64,000 bases of DNA from Psammoneis japonica (lineage: Eukaryota), in assembly GCA_008632985.1 (NCBI GenBank), contig QPGO01000033.1:124001-188000 (forward strand), in the 5' to 3' direction. The position numbers and the translations under genes are program-made. The notes under the pieces were generated by a model. That model had not been told where the DNA came from. It ran no database searches and was given only the letters and a program-made list of their open reading frames with translations. Below, one piece after another: positions 62,135-64,000 of this stretch (its first letter is position 1; every line of letters starts with the position of its first letter).

Positions 62135-64000
62135 CTAGCGTCGTCCTGTCCAATCAATGTTGCCAACTCCCATGGGTCCAACCGAATGACGGCCCACGTC
62201 GTGCACAGATGGCGCCACAGGAGGAGCGGGACGGCGTGTGATAATGTCCACCAACAAGTCAGGTTCCGCCTTCAAGTCCTGTCGTGTTGCGCAAAAAAAA
62301 AGCCACAGTGATAATGGTATGTTAGCATGCGGCATCACATTATTTTACACGAAGCAACAAGCAACGATAGGTTCTTTCACAGCGAGTCAACAAGTACCTG
62401 TAAGCCATCAGTAATCGCTTGATCATTCAAATTTTGAAGAATAAACTCAAGAGCAATATCCTTGAGACCTGCCGCATTGTGACGATGACTAGCCACAAGA
62501 ATTCCAATCACATTGTCGACATTGACATCGCGTCGAATAATGTCTTCGCAGAGAGCCTTTAGTCGATCAAGCTGAAACATTTCACTCATAATGAGGAGGT
62601 TGACACCAACATCCAAAGACACGTTTTGCACAGTGTCCGTATACAAGTATTCGAGAACCTTGAGAAAGACAGGATACGACACATCCTTGAGCTCAATCGG
62701 AACTCGGCCACCAGCCGACACTCCAGAAGCTACACCGTCTCCGGCGGCAGCCGACGCCTGAATACTCTCCTTCATTCCTCCGCTCACCAGCATGACTCGA
62801 AAGTATTCACTCCGTACGGCCAAAATCGCACGATTCGCGTACACCTCTTTTCCTTCCACCAAAAAGGTGACATCCGACAATTCAGGCTGGTTAATGAGCC
62901 GCTGCAAATCAGACACCAAAGCCGGGGGCGGAACGCTGACGGGCTTGAGTCGGAATTTGTAAAAGTCGTTCAATACAGTGATGCCATTGTACCTGAAAAG
63001 GAAGAGTATTATGGACCCATAAGTACTGGAGCTTTACCAATACGAAAACAAGAAATCATTTGAAAGACTCACCCGCCAAACACATAGAGACAATTCTCGT
63101 GCACCTGAGCCACGAGCGAAGACCGTCCACTCGGGGCATCGCCATGGGTGCAGTCCACCTCGGTCCAGTGATTTGTCTCAAAGTCGTACGCATACATATC
63201 AGCCAAGCGTTCATTCCCAGAATAGCCTCCATAGAGATACATTTTGTTTTCATAGAGACAACACGAGTGAAAGTAGCGGGGAGATGGCGGTCTCCCGAGG
63301 CACGGCATTTCCGTCCACGTATACGTGGCCAAGTCGCAGGCGAAAAAATCCGCCTTGCGTTCCACCCCATCGTAGCCACCCTGAATGTAAACGTGCGTGT
63401 CATCCTTGGCCCATGCAGGACAGGAGCGGACCGTGGGCAAATCTCCACGAGCCATAATTTGAGTCCACGTATTGGTTCGACAACAAAATTCATACATGTC
63501 ATTGAGCCATCGCGTTCCATCAAATCCACCAAAGAGCACAAATTTGTGATTGTGTACGACAGAGACATATCCAAATCGGCGCGACGGAACGTGCCCACGA
63601 ACCGCGGCTGAAGGTCCTCCCGCGTGTGGAGCAAGCACTTGATCTCCCAGAGCCGAGTTGGTCGCATCCGGTTCTCCCTGTGGATCGGACGAATCCTGAA
63701 TACAGGTCCAACGTTTGGATTCGATATCAAACATCCACAAATCGTTGAGCCACGCATTTCCGTTGTAACCTCCAAACAAGTAGACGCGACTCTCGTCGCC
63801 AATCACTACTCCGTTGTTCTCGCGACAGCCTGGCTTTTCTTCACTCAACACTTGAACCTCCTCCCAGACGCCAGTATCAAAACTATAAGAATAGAAATCA
63901 TCAAGGCGACCAGTGCCTCCGCCGTAGCCCTACGGAGTTGGTAGAAAGGAGTAACATACCGCACAAGTGAGAAAGTTGTGGATTGATAGATGTTGGATGC
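62135..64000 (-). CDS. Kelch-repeat + BTB protein (LZTR1-like), 5' end outside window
   Basis: Repeated YLFGGY..ND kelch blades; BTB SDVTFLVEG...ANRAILAVRSEYF...FLKVLEYLYTD; introns. Confidence 0.9.

Overview
Eukaryotic, intron-containing DNA that reads as a pennate diatom or other ochrophyte genome (ASAF-type bipartite presequences, CoDi-type copia element, Ambal-like LINE). Three ordinary gene-rich stretches (1-13.4 kb, ~26.3-34.3 kb, ~50.1-64 kb) alternate with two transposon-rich blocks (~13.4-26.2 kb and ~34.4-50.05 kb). Host genes: an amino-acid permease, a five-copy cluster of aspartate/glutamate-type SLC25 carriers that all carry signal peptides, an LPA1-like gene, a secreted reprolysin-like metalloprotease, two SYLF-domain paralogs, a VIR3/M41-like protein, DnaJ-TMEM185-like, CorA, CAX and Kelch-BTB. 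The most striking feature is that TpA has been almost completely replaced by TpG or CpA in the transposon blocks. Conserved Tyr become Cys/His, a 1031-aa ORF has no Tyr at all, and repeat copies differ by TG<->CA swaps. The loss is independent of CpG loss, is context-biased, spreads into neighbouring host genes and spares duplicated host genes. It looks like a RIP-like but adenine-directed (A:T->G:C) genome-defence or heterochromatin mutator. Many host genes carry isolated 1-bp deletions that are probably assembly errors. Counts and family assignments were made by eye, with no database searches.
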